Part shown: positions 48,454 to 56,961 of the stretch, in pieces
Layout of the letters: the number at the start of each line of letters is the position of its first letter
Position numbering within the stretch: the first letter of the stretch is position 1
DNA from: Salinispira sp.
GTDB lineage: Bacteria; Spirochaetota; Spirochaetia; DSM-27196; Salinispiraceae
Assembly: GCA_965602015.1 (NCBI GenBank)
Contig: OZ271918.1
Coordinates: 2,048,001-2,112,000, forward strand
Direction of reading: 5' to 3'
DNA: 64,000 nt
Program-made: the position numbers and the translations under genes
Notes under the pieces: generated by a model
Databases searched by the model: none
What the model was told of the DNA's origin: nothing
What the model saw: only the letters and a program-made list of their open reading frames with translations

Positions 48454-50163
48454 TTACAATAATAAATTCCAGGATGATCCCTCATCGGACAATGCGGCGG
48501 AACTACCGGGACTGAGACTCAGCACTTCCTCGCCGACAATGCTTTTTGCCACTACGACCTGCTTTCGCCCTCCGGGGAACTGCGCGAGTATGCACATTTC
48601 CCCATCCCGTACAGAAATACCTGTTGCCGCATCGCCGGCGTCTGCACCAGGATCCCGAGCCTCATACAGCGGATAGGCGGTTCCGCCCAGGTTGTAATAT
48701 AAAGATCCGTCGGGTTTCTTAAAAATACGCTTCTGAGAGATGGCCTCCACCCGGTGAACCGACGCGCTGGGAAGCGCTGCCGGCGTTCCCTCACCGACGA
48801 AAAAAACAAGGCACAGTATGCCCGCGGCTTCCTCAGACCAGCGAAGCAAGAGCGGGCCTGGGACCTTCGGCGGCCCGTACATTTCCGCCTGCATTGCCCG
48901 GGCAGTCTGCGTGGCAATAATCATTCCCATTCTTCTGCCTGAGAGCGGCCCGTTTGAGCCGGATTCGCCGGTATCCTTCTCCCCCCGGTACCATGGACCA
49001 TTGTCACGGTAGCTCAGCTGTATGTCGCTGCCGGCATCGGGGATGTCGCGACGCTCCAAAGCGATATAGATTGCGGGATTTCCCGACCCCATGCCGTGGG
49101 ACAGGCTGTTATTAATAAGCTGACTCAAAAGACGCAGCAAATAATAAGCCTGTCGTCGGTCTAAGCGCAGGTCATCAATGCGGACCGACAGTTCCCAGGC
49201 GTCTGTGCCGTGTCGATTGCAGGCAAGGGTGAAGTAGCGCTGTATTCCGGCCCCTAATGCAGACGCGGAAACCCGGGAGCGGCGGACTATTTCGGTGATC
49301 TCACCGGCAAGGTAAAAGGCCGCGGCGGAAAACCCTTCTTCGCCGCGCATGTGCCGATGGTATGCCACAAATCGCTGATACCTCAGCCAATTTTCCATCT
49401 CCGTAGAATCGCTTACTCTGTCATCTTGAACGCCCGAGAGCATGCTGATCTGCGGCCGAACAAAGCCCGAGCGAATTATTAGGTTCCGCAGAGCAGCGGA
49501 TTCAGTGTCTGCGGCGAGGATAATTTCGATTTTTTTGGGGGGGATGGCTGAACTGACGGATACATCCTCCGGCAACGGGTTCATGGAAACAATCATACCA
49601 ATGGCGCTCAGGGCGTTAATAAGAACCGTTAGTCGTGCGGAATGGAGTGCTTCGCTCTCATGGAAAAAAAGCCGTACGATATATCTCTTTTGATTGTTGT
49701 CAGGACCTGCTTCGCGCCCCTCGCGGTCATCCCGGGAAACATCCCTCGCACCAGTCTCGCGGGAGGCGGGGCCGACTCTCCGGGCAGCGCTTCCGCCAGG
49801 CTCTGCTGCGGACTCTGCTCCGCTATCCTTTCGGAAAGATACTGCGGTGAGCTCCGGCTTGGTGAGCGCCATGGTGTGTTTGTGAATCTCGTGCAGCAGG
49901 GCGGTATATTTTCCGGATCCGGAAAATACCCAGTCCTCGAGACGGGCATAGCTGTCGTGGAGATTGTCCTTGCCAAAATACAAGGCCATTGATTTCATAC
50001 TGTGGAGCAGGCCCGCATAGGGATGCTTCATACGGACAGCTATCCGCTCGTGAGGTTTGGATAGGTCGAGCTCAGCGGAAGCTTCGCCGGTTTCATTGAT
50101 TCGAGACAGTAGCCGCTGGGCATCGAGAACGAACTCTCTGTAATATTCTTCCATGCCCGTCAT
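48454..50163 (-). CDS. Highly diverged CheA-like protein (P1-P2-P3-P4-P5) with degenerate ATP-binding motifs
   Basis: HSMKS Hpt motif, P2-like segment, LINNSLSHG N-box, YRDNGPW, SGRRMGM, CheW-like C-terminus. Confidence 0.75.
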   Translation of the reverse strand: MTGMEEYYREFVLDAQRLLSRINETGEASAELDLSKPHERIAVRMKHPYAGLLHSMKSMALYFGKDNLHDSYARLEDWVFSGSGKYTALLHEIHKHTMALTKPELTAVSFRKDSGAESAAEPGGSAARRVGPASRETGARDVSRDDREGREAGPDNNQKRYIVRLFFHESEALHSARLTVLINALSAIGMIVSMNPLPEDVSVSSAIPPKKIEIILAADTESAALRNLIIRSGFVRPQISMLSGVQDDRVSDSTEMENWLRYQRFVAYHRHMRGEEGFSAAAFYLAGEITEIVRRSRVSASALGAGIQRYFTLACNRHGTDAWELSVRIDDLRLDRRQAYYLLRLLSQLINNSLSHGMGSGNPAIYIALERRDIPDAGSDIQLSYRDNGPWYRGEKDTGESGSNGPLSGRRMGMIIATQTARAMQAEMYGPPKVPGPLLLRWSEEAAGILCLVFFVGEGTPAALPSASVHRVEAISQKRIFKKPDGSLYYNLGGTAYPLYEARDPGADAGDAATGISVRDGEMCILAQFPGGRKQVVVAKSIVGEEVLSLSPGSSAALSDEGSSWNLLL

Positions 50164-50717
50164 TTCGATAGTTCTATTATCAGCTCAATTTCACCGAGAG
50201 GCATTTTGGTCATTTCCGCAATCTCATCAAGAGCCCTGCCCTGATTATACAACCCGATAACCTGTTCCCGTGCACTGGGCTTAGGCGGCGTATCCTCGGC
50301 GGGCTGCGAATCGCGGATTTCACCGTTCTGTTTGGCTTCGTCAATGGGGTTTTTTGGGGCCGGAACCTGCTGATCTGATTCAGGTATGGACAGCTTCTGG
50401 GTGATTCGCCGCGAATTGAGAATTATTTCATTGTAGCGGCCGTCGGCCCTGTCGAGCATAGAGAAAATCTGCTGCATCTCCTCGATGCGTTTTTCCACCC
50501 GGTTCTGAAGCCGTTTAATTTTCTCCGACTCATTGCTGAGAATCTGAACACTGGTTTCGGTGGTCTGATTGAGGTCGGTCATGATGGCGTTGACCTCTTT
50601 TTGCAGGGTACTCAAAAACTTCTCACTGCTGTAATTTTTACTGAGCTGATGCCGCAAAACCAGGTACATGAGGGCGAGAATTGCGAGGTTTATCAGAAGA
50701 AGTAAAACGAAATCCAT
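50160..50717 (-). CDS. Membrane-anchored coiled-coil protein with C-terminal HTH-like domain (DUF2802/DUF6115; FipA/SwrB-like)
   Basis: N-terminal TM, coiled coil, GRALDEIAEMTKMPLGEIELII. Confidence 0.65.
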   Translation of the reverse strand: MDFVLLLLINLAILALMYLVLRHQLSKNYSSEKFLSTLQKEVNAIMTDLNQTTETSVQILSNESEKIKRLQNRVEKRIEEMQQIFSMLDRADGRYNEIILNSRRITQKLSIPESDQQVPAPKNPIDEAKQNGEIRDSQPAEDTPPKPSAREQVIGLYNQGRALDEIAEMTKMPLGEIELIIELSK

Positions 50718-50733
50718 AGTCTATCGTCGAAGA

Positions 50734-51069
50734 TTAGCCGTTGATGTCGATGCGGTTTCCCAGATCCGGGTCTTTAAACAGATCCTCTTCTTCAGCCGCT
50801 TCATCATCCTCTTCTTTATCTCCTCGCAGATGTTCCTTCTTTGCCTGTCTGGCGCCGCCTCCGGTTTGATCGTCGTGAAGCTTTTCCGGTCCGTCACTGG
50901 TTTCTTCGGTCTTTGCAACCCGCTTATCGGCCATTTTTGTCTGCTGCTCAATTTCCTGACCGGCGACCTGCTGGGCATGAAGCACGGCTTCCTGCTGCGC
51001 AGCCTGCTGCTTGCTGATTTCATTGAGGCGGACAAAGAGGTTTTGCAAGTCAATCGGTTTTAATGACAT
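50734..51069 (-). CDS. Conserved hypothetical flagellar-operon protein
   Basis: MSLKPIDLQ...DPDLGNRIDING termini typical of the small ORF following fapA; SD AGGAG. Confidence 0.75.
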   Translation of the reverse strand: MSLKPIDLQNLFVRLNEISKQQAAQQEAVLHAQQVAGQEIEQQTKMADKRVAKTEETSDGPEKLHDDQTGGGARQAKKEHLRGDKEEDDEAAEEEDLFKDPDLGNRIDING

Positions 51070-51124
51070 ACATTCATCTCCTTACGGGAGCTCATGCATT
51101 GCGCCGGCGCTGAAGCGATACTGT

Positions 51125-53062
51125 TTACTTTGGCTTGAGCGAAATGTCGTCTTCGATCTCTTCATACTTGGTAACCTTCACCTGACCGTTTTCATTAACA
51201 AAGGTCACCGATTTGAACTCGTTCCGCACCTCGAGATTCGCATCTTTGATACTGATTTTCACTCCTGCGAACACATTGCCCGATGCTGAAATTTTGCCGT
51301 TCGCCTTGAGCTCGGCCAGATAGGAATGGACATCGGTTTTTTCATCCTCAATCTCATCGATTCTCTCGAGGTAAGAAGCGAGCTCGTTTTTCATTATTTT
51401 GTACTTATCTTTCTGCGATTCGGAAATCTTCCGTTTTGCTTTTATCGCCGATTCGATGGTGGCGACATTTTTCTTGAGCTCGTCCACCTTCTCGTGCAGC
51501 TCCCGCTCTTCATGCAACAGTTCTTCCAAACGGGCCTTGCTTTTGGGGTCGAAACCCACTTCCATGTTCGTTTCGACGTTGGCGACAGATCCCAGGGTTT
51601 TTGCGTTTATTTCTTCCGCAGCTCTGAGATTACCGCCGACTATTGTGGCCCGCTTACCCTTGCAGAGAATTTTTTTATCAGAGCTCACATTCGAGTTGAT
51701 GATACCGTCGGACACCACCACCATTCCGGCGGCTTCCACGGTGGTGTTTTGGATGAACTTGGCAAATACGTTGCCCCCTGCCTGGATCAGGCCGCTCTCC
51801 CTGCCGTTCATTCCCTGCCGAATGATGATGTCCCCTTCGGCATCAAGTTCGCATTTGCCCACCGAACCGGTGATTTCAATATTGCCGGCGGCCTTCACGG
51901 AGAACCCGTCTTCCACGTTGCCGTTGACAAGCACGGTTCCCAGGAACAGGATGTTGCCGGTTTTCAAATCCACGCCGTTGTTTACCACATATACCGGTTC
52001 GACGGAAATCTTCCCGCTCAGGAGTATGACCTGACCGTTCTTCTCGGCAATGGCGCTGCTTCCGTCATCGCTTAGCCGCACGTTGTTGCCGATTTCCATA
52101 TTGGTGGGTTTGCCAGTTCGGGCGGGCAGCAGTTTTCCCGTGACCGTTTGACCGGCCTCGCCCTTGGTTGGTTTGGTGAGTTTTGCCAACACCTGGCCGG
52201 CCACCACATTGTTAATTTTATTGAGCTCCCGGTAATCGACCTTTCCGTCTATTTCCTTGAGCCGGATGTTGTTGGTATCGGTCTCGAAATTAAAAATTAC
52301 CTTGCCGTCTTCACCGTTCACCGGTTTAAGTCCCTCGGCAACCAAAATCGGCTGACCGTAGACCGGATTATCGGACAAATCCTGAATTGCATCGTCTAGA
52401 TAGCCGTACACCACCCCGTTGGCCTGCAGGAAGGCCAGAATAGAATCCCTGTCCGGATCGGCACCCTGCTCCCCCGGAGCCCGGATGGTAATAAAGGCCT
52501 TCATTTCCAGATCCTGGAGATCAAAGGTGATCAGAGCATCCTGCACCGGATCATGGCGAAAATCTGCGATTTTTACGAACATATTGTCGGCTTTTTTGAC
52601 CAGCTTGCTGATCATCGCCTTATCCGGTCCGATGATGCCGCGGCGGATTACCGCGTCCATGGCAATGCTCTCGGTTACCTTGCTGCCGTCTCCCTGGGGC
52701 TGGGATATTTTCATATACACCCCGTCGAGATTTCGCCTGATGTATACCTTGCCGTCACGGCTCTTTCCCATTTCAAAGGCGATGTCAAAATCGCCGTCGG
52801 CAATCGGGAGGGCTTCATCCTCAACGGGGACGGACGCGGGATATGCGAGGATCAGGCAGGGTTTTTTACCCATTCCCAGCATGCCCTTGGAGCCCGCATC
52901 GAGGACTTCGTACTCTATCTTTTTTATGGGAAGAGATAGTTCGATAGCCGCCTGGTGGAGGGCGTCCTCCAGATCCTTGCCGGAGACATTGACGTAGCGT
53001 TGATCTCTGTCGTTTTTGAGACGCTGACGCATGTATTCCTGGATCTGGGCAAAATCGACCAC
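51125..53062 (-). CDS. fapA: FapA (DUF342) flagellar assembly protein with N-terminal Jag_N-like domain
   Basis: EYEVLDAGSKGMLGMGKKP, VDYREL, VDLKTGNILFLGTVLVNGNV. Confidence 0.85.
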   Translation of the reverse strand: MVDFAQIQEYMRQRLKNDRDQRYVNVSGKDLEDALHQAAIELSLPIKKIEYEVLDAGSKGMLGMGKKPCLILAYPASVPVEDEALPIADGDFDIAFEMGKSRDGKVYIRRNLDGVYMKISQPQGDGSKVTESIAMDAVIRRGIIGPDKAMISKLVKKADNMFVKIADFRHDPVQDALITFDLQDLEMKAFITIRAPGEQGADPDRDSILAFLQANGVVYGYLDDAIQDLSDNPVYGQPILVAEGLKPVNGEDGKVIFNFETDTNNIRLKEIDGKVDYRELNKINNVVAGQVLAKLTKPTKGEAGQTVTGKLLPARTGKPTNMEIGNNVRLSDDGSSAIAEKNGQVILLSGKISVEPVYVVNNGVDLKTGNILFLGTVLVNGNVEDGFSVKAAGNIEITGSVGKCELDAEGDIIIRQGMNGRESGLIQAGGNVFAKFIQNTTVEAAGMVVVSDGIINSNVSSDKKILCKGKRATIVGGNLRAAEEINAKTLGSVANVETNMEVGFDPKSKARLEELLHEERELHEKVDELKKNVATIESAIKAKRKISESQKDKYKIMKNELASYLERIDEIEDEKTDVHSYLAELKANGKISASGNVFAGVKISIKDANLEVRNEFKSVTFVNENGQVKVTKYEEIEDDISLKPK

Positions 53063-53850
53063 TAAAAAATTCCCTTTTTGATATTGGTTAGCTTCGCGCG
53101 CAGTCGCATGATGGCCTTGGTGTGGAGCTGGCTCACCCGTGATTCGGTGACTTCCAATACTTTTCCGATTTCCTTAAGCGTCAGGTCCTCGTAGTAATAC
53201 AGCACAAGTACGGTTTTCTCTTTTTCCGGAAGTTCCTGAATCGATTGAATAATGACCCTCTTTACTTCTTCCTTTTCAACGATGTTGTCGGGATTGAAAT
53301 TATCGGGACTCTCAATGCTGTCGGCTATGGAAACCTTGTCGTTGTCCTCTCCGGTGTACCACACGTCATTGAGGCTGAGAATGCTGGTTCCGCTGACCCG
53401 CAGCATGGTCTTTTCAAACTCTTTGTCGGTCATGTTCATTTCCCGGGCTACCTCGGCATCGGTGGCCGCCCGGCCGAGACTTGCTTCGAGCCGCCTGATG
53501 GCGTCCTCGATTTCCCGGGACTTCTGTCGGACAGAACGGGGTACCCAGTCAATGGCCCGCAGTTCGTCGAAAATCGCTCCGCGAATTCGGGTAACCGCAT
53601 AGGTTTTGAACTTTACGTGCTTGTCGGGATCAAATTTTTCAATGGCGTCAAACAGACCGAATACCCCGTAGCCGACCAGGTCGTCGAATTCCACATTTTG
53701 CGGCATTCCGACAGCGACCTTGCCCGCCACATATTTGACAAGGGGAGCATACTGTTTGACCATACGGTCTCTGATTTCAGGATTACGCTTCTCCTTATAT
53801 TCTTTCCAGAGTTTGAGTTCATCCTGTTCAGTGTAGGTCTTTTCAGCCAT
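53062..53850 (-). CDS. fliA: Flagellar sigma factor sigma28 (FliA/WhiG)
   Basis: RIRGAIFDELRAIDWVPRSVR, LTLKEIGKVLEVTESRVSQLH. Confidence 0.96.
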   Translation of the reverse strand: MAEKTYTEQDELKLWKEYKEKRNPEIRDRMVKQYAPLVKYVAGKVAVGMPQNVEFDDLVGYGVFGLFDAIEKFDPDKHVKFKTYAVTRIRGAIFDELRAIDWVPRSVRQKSREIEDAIRRLEASLGRAATDAEVAREMNMTDKEFEKTMLRVSGTSILSLNDVWYTGEDNDKVSIADSIESPDNFNPDNIVEKEEVKRVIIQSIQELPEKEKTVLVLYYYEDLTLKEIGKVLEVTESRVSQLHTKAIMRLRAKLTNIKKGIF

Positions 53851-53871
53851 ATCTCCCCTCGCTTTGGGCTG

Positions 53872-54690
53872 TTATTCCTTTTTTAGAATGGTTCGGATGG
53901 CATCAGCCATCATTTTCGGGTCGCTATCGGAATCACCGCGGTTATTCCCGATTGAGGTCTCTGAACCGCTAAAACCTGACAGCGCCGACCCCATGTCGCT
54001 GTCAGTTCCGGTCTCCCCCTCCGGGACTTCATCCTCGTCGCTGAAGGTACCATCGTTGAAACTGTCGGACATACCGGAAATATCGGGTAGATTTTGAACT
54101 CCCGAGTAAAAATCATCGTCATCAGGAAGGCTTCCCGCAGTCTGCACGGAAGCATTCTCCTGGACTTCTTCTATTATAGTATTTTCATCGTCAACAAACA
54201 GATTTCCCGCTGCAGAAGGCCGGGTATTTCCCCCGTCCGGCGCCATGGGAACCATATCGTCCTCATCCATAGAATCAAGGCCGGCACCCTGTTGCTTCCT
54301 TGTGGCGGATTGTTCAATGGTTCTTTGCTCGCGACGCAGATCTTCTGCCTGATCCAAATCAGTATCCCGAGGACCTGCGTCGCTGCGAGAGTCGCCTGAG
54401 TCATCGATGACTATATCGACGTTGGAGCCCGGACCGTCGGTTTGGATTACCGCATCCAGGCCCGCATCGAGCGGGTTTTCATCGTCCTTCAGAGAAATGG
54501 TCAACAACTCCGGCAAAAATTTGCTAATGAGAAAAAAGAGCCCCGCACCCAGGGCTCCGGCGACCAGGGCTCCGATCAGCATTCTCAGGATAATAACGCC
54601 GAAATCCACTCCCCCGATAATTCCGCCGATTAAACTGAGGATCAGACCGGCAATCGCTGTTTTCAGGGCAAAACCCAGTGCCTTGTCCAT
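53872..54690 (-). CDS. Hypothetical protein: two TM helices, acidic linker, C-terminal amphipathic helix
   Basis: 272-aa ORF in the flagellar operon, ending DPKMMADAIRTILKKE. Confidence 0.75.
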   Translation of the reverse strand: MDKALGFALKTAIAGLILSLIGGIIGGVDFGVIILRMLIGALVAGALGAGLFFLISKFLPELLTISLKDDENPLDAGLDAVIQTDGPGSNVDIVIDDSGDSRSDAGPRDTDLDQAEDLRREQRTIEQSATRKQQGAGLDSMDEDDMVPMAPDGGNTRPSAAGNLFVDDENTIIEEVQENASVQTAGSLPDDDDFYSGVQNLPDISGMSDSFNDGTFSDEDEVPEGETGTDSDMGSALSGFSGSETSIGNNRGDSDSDPKMMADAIRTILKKE

Positions 54691-54753
54691 GCTAACCTCT
54701 TCTACTCCTAATATTACACCTTAAGCCAAGGGGAGCGCTCAGGTCAACCGACA

Positions 54754-55611
54754 TCATCTGCTGAAAAGTTTCTTGAGAAAACTTCCCAGACCTCCGCCCT
54801 CGCGGTACTCAATTTTTTCCAGCCTGCTGACTATCTGGTTCACACAGGCTGTGGCCTTCGCCCGGGGTTCGAGAACCGAAAATGGCTTCTGCTTCCTGAC
54901 CGCTTCGCGCACCGCATTGTCTTCAAACACGTAACCAAGATAATCAACCTTGAGATTAAGAAACTGGCTCGCGATATTTATTACCCGTTCGGCTACTTTC
55001 TTGCCCTCGGTAACGCTGGAGACCCGGTTGACGATGAGCTTGAGGCTCAGCCCGATGTTATCCAGTTCGGTTGCGATAATTTTAATGATTCCGTACGCAT
55101 CGGTAATTGCCGTCGGCTCGGGGGTGGTGACTATGAAGGCGTCGTCGGCGGCGGCTATGAACGAGAGAACATTGTTGTTCACCCCGGCGCTTGCGTCGAT
55201 GATTATCACGTCGGCGCTGCTCAGTTCGGTGAGTTCCTTAATAAAGGTCATCCGCTCTTCTTCGGACAGATTTGCCAACTTGCTGAAACCGCTTGCCCCG
55301 GCAACCAACTGTATGCCGTATTGGGTATCCATGAGGATATCCTTCATGGTTTTCTGCTTGCGGATTAAATGATAGAGGTTGTATTTGGGAATGATGCCCA
55401 GGACCACGTTTACATTAGCCAATCCCAGGTCGGCGTCCATCAGCACCACCCTCTTGCCAAGCTTCGCGTAGGCGATGGCCAGGTTCGTCGAGAGGTTGGT
55501 TTTCCCCACCCCTCCCTTTCCGCTGGCCACCGTGATAATCCGGGTTTTGGAATTGGCCAACTGGGTGTTACCCTTCATGATTTCCCGTAATGCTTCTGCT
55601 TGATCTGCCAT
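54754..55611 (-). CDS. flhG: Flagellar number regulator FlhG (MinD/FleN-like ATPase)
   Basis: MADQAEALR, SGKGGVGKT, DADLGLAN, TTPEPTAITDAY. Confidence 0.95.
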   Translation of the reverse strand: MADQAEALREIMKGNTQLANSKTRIITVASGKGGVGKTNLSTNLAIAYAKLGKRVVLMDADLGLANVNVVLGIIPKYNLYHLIRKQKTMKDILMDTQYGIQLVAGASGFSKLANLSEEERMTFIKELTELSSADVIIIDASAGVNNNVLSFIAAADDAFIVTTPEPTAITDAYGIIKIIATELDNIGLSLKLIVNRVSSVTEGKKVAERVINIASQFLNLKVDYLGYVFEDNAVREAVRKQKPFSVLEPRAKATACVNQIVSRLEKIEYREGGGLGSFLKKLFSR

Positions 55612-55614
55612 TTT

Positions 55615-56919
55615 CTACTCCGATTGCGATACCGCGTATTGTTCTTCAAGCCTGTCCTGATCTACCCGGAAACCCGTAAGCCTCCGGAGGAATTGGGACC
55701 TGTCGGCAGCGCTCAAGTCATGGGGAACGCTTTGGCCGTTGGTAATAAAACTTACTTCCTTATTTTTTTCCCAAAGATTGCTGATTATGGTTCCCAGACT
55801 GGTGGTCTCATCAGTCTTGGTGACCACGACGGATTGGTAGTTGAAGGGTTCAAATTGCTGCATTATGCGGCGAAGGTCGGAGCTGCGGGTACAGGCGCTC
55901 ACCGCCAGGTGTATCTCCGCCTGGTTTCCGCAGACTTGCAACAGGGCATTCATCCTGCTGAGGGTTTCGATTTCGCTGGGACTTCTGCCGATGGTGTCGA
56001 CGAATATCATATCGACGTCGTGGTAAATATCGAGCCACTTCTTTAGTTCATCGGCGTTTTCCGCCGATTCGACGGGGATGTTCATGATTTCCCCGTAGGT
56101 CTGAATCTGCTTTTTAGCTCCGATTCGGTAGTTATCGATGGTGATGATGCGCACCGAATTGCTTCGTCCGTCAATTTTACCAAGGTGATGCTGGGCGGCC
56201 AGCTTTGCGATACTGGTGGTTTTCCCCACTCCCGTGGGACCCACCAGGACGACTATCCGCGGGCGGGACCGGGGGATATTTTCATATATACTGATGCTCT
56301 GGCTCACCCATTCCAGGACCCGTTGCTGCACGGTGTCGCAGTCTTCGAGATCTGCGATGGAAAGATCGCGGCATTTCTTCATGATATGGTCGATATATTT
56401 CTGACTGAACTCGTTGTCTTCCAGCAGCTCCCGTACCTTTGCCATGGATTCGGGTTCTTCACGATTTTTCGCCCCCTGGTCTCCATTAACCCGATGTACG
56501 TCGTCCCGGAGGTTTTTTATCTCCGCGAGGATTCGGGTCATGGTCGAGGAATCGCTCACTCCCGCCGCCCGGAGAATTTGCTCTTTTGCGCTGGCAAGGG
56601 ACGAATCGCCTCCGCCGCCCTGCCGCGTAGCGCCGGAGCCTGGGGCTGCGGACTGCAGGGTACCGGGCTGAGCCGCAGAGATCGCACGGCGGGCACCGAT
56701 CGCCCTTTGAAGCGCCGCGGCGTTCGAACTGCGCACCGGTTCGAGACTAACGTAACCGCTGACTTCCACGGCATCCTTGCGGAAAAGCCCGAGGAAACCG
56801 CCGATCTGCTTCTGCCGCCTCTGCAGTATGGTCGCGCGCTCGCCGTATTTTTGAGTCACCAGATCTTCCGCCTCCCGGTAGGACGGCGCGACTTCGGTAA
56901 AATATTCGTAACTCATCAT
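55615..56919 (-). CDS. flhF: Flagellar SRP-family GTPase FlhF
   Basis: GPTGVGKTT, DNYRIGA, DTIGRS, TKTDET, TNGQSVP. Confidence 0.95.
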   Translation of the reverse strand: MMSYEYFTEVAPSYREAEDLVTQKYGERATILQRRQKQIGGFLGLFRKDAVEVSGYVSLEPVRSSNAAALQRAIGARRAISAAQPGTLQSAAPGSGATRQGGGGDSSLASAKEQILRAAGVSDSSTMTRILAEIKNLRDDVHRVNGDQGAKNREEPESMAKVRELLEDNEFSQKYIDHIMKKCRDLSIADLEDCDTVQQRVLEWVSQSISIYENIPRSRPRIVVLVGPTGVGKTTSIAKLAAQHHLGKIDGRSNSVRIITIDNYRIGAKKQIQTYGEIMNIPVESAENADELKKWLDIYHDVDMIFVDTIGRSPSEIETLSRMNALLQVCGNQAEIHLAVSACTRSSDLRRIMQQFEPFNYQSVVVTKTDETTSLGTIISNLWEKNKEVSFITNGQSVPHDLSAADRSQFLRRLTGFRVDQDRLEEQYAVSQSE

Positions 56920-56961
56920 TCCCCACCCATTCTCTTGTATATCATATTTTGCTCATTTATC

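Noticed and set aside
48454..50163. Calling the CheA-like gene a pseudogene
   Set aside because: Reading frame is intact over 569 codons, domain order is preserved, and it is coupled to the upstream gene
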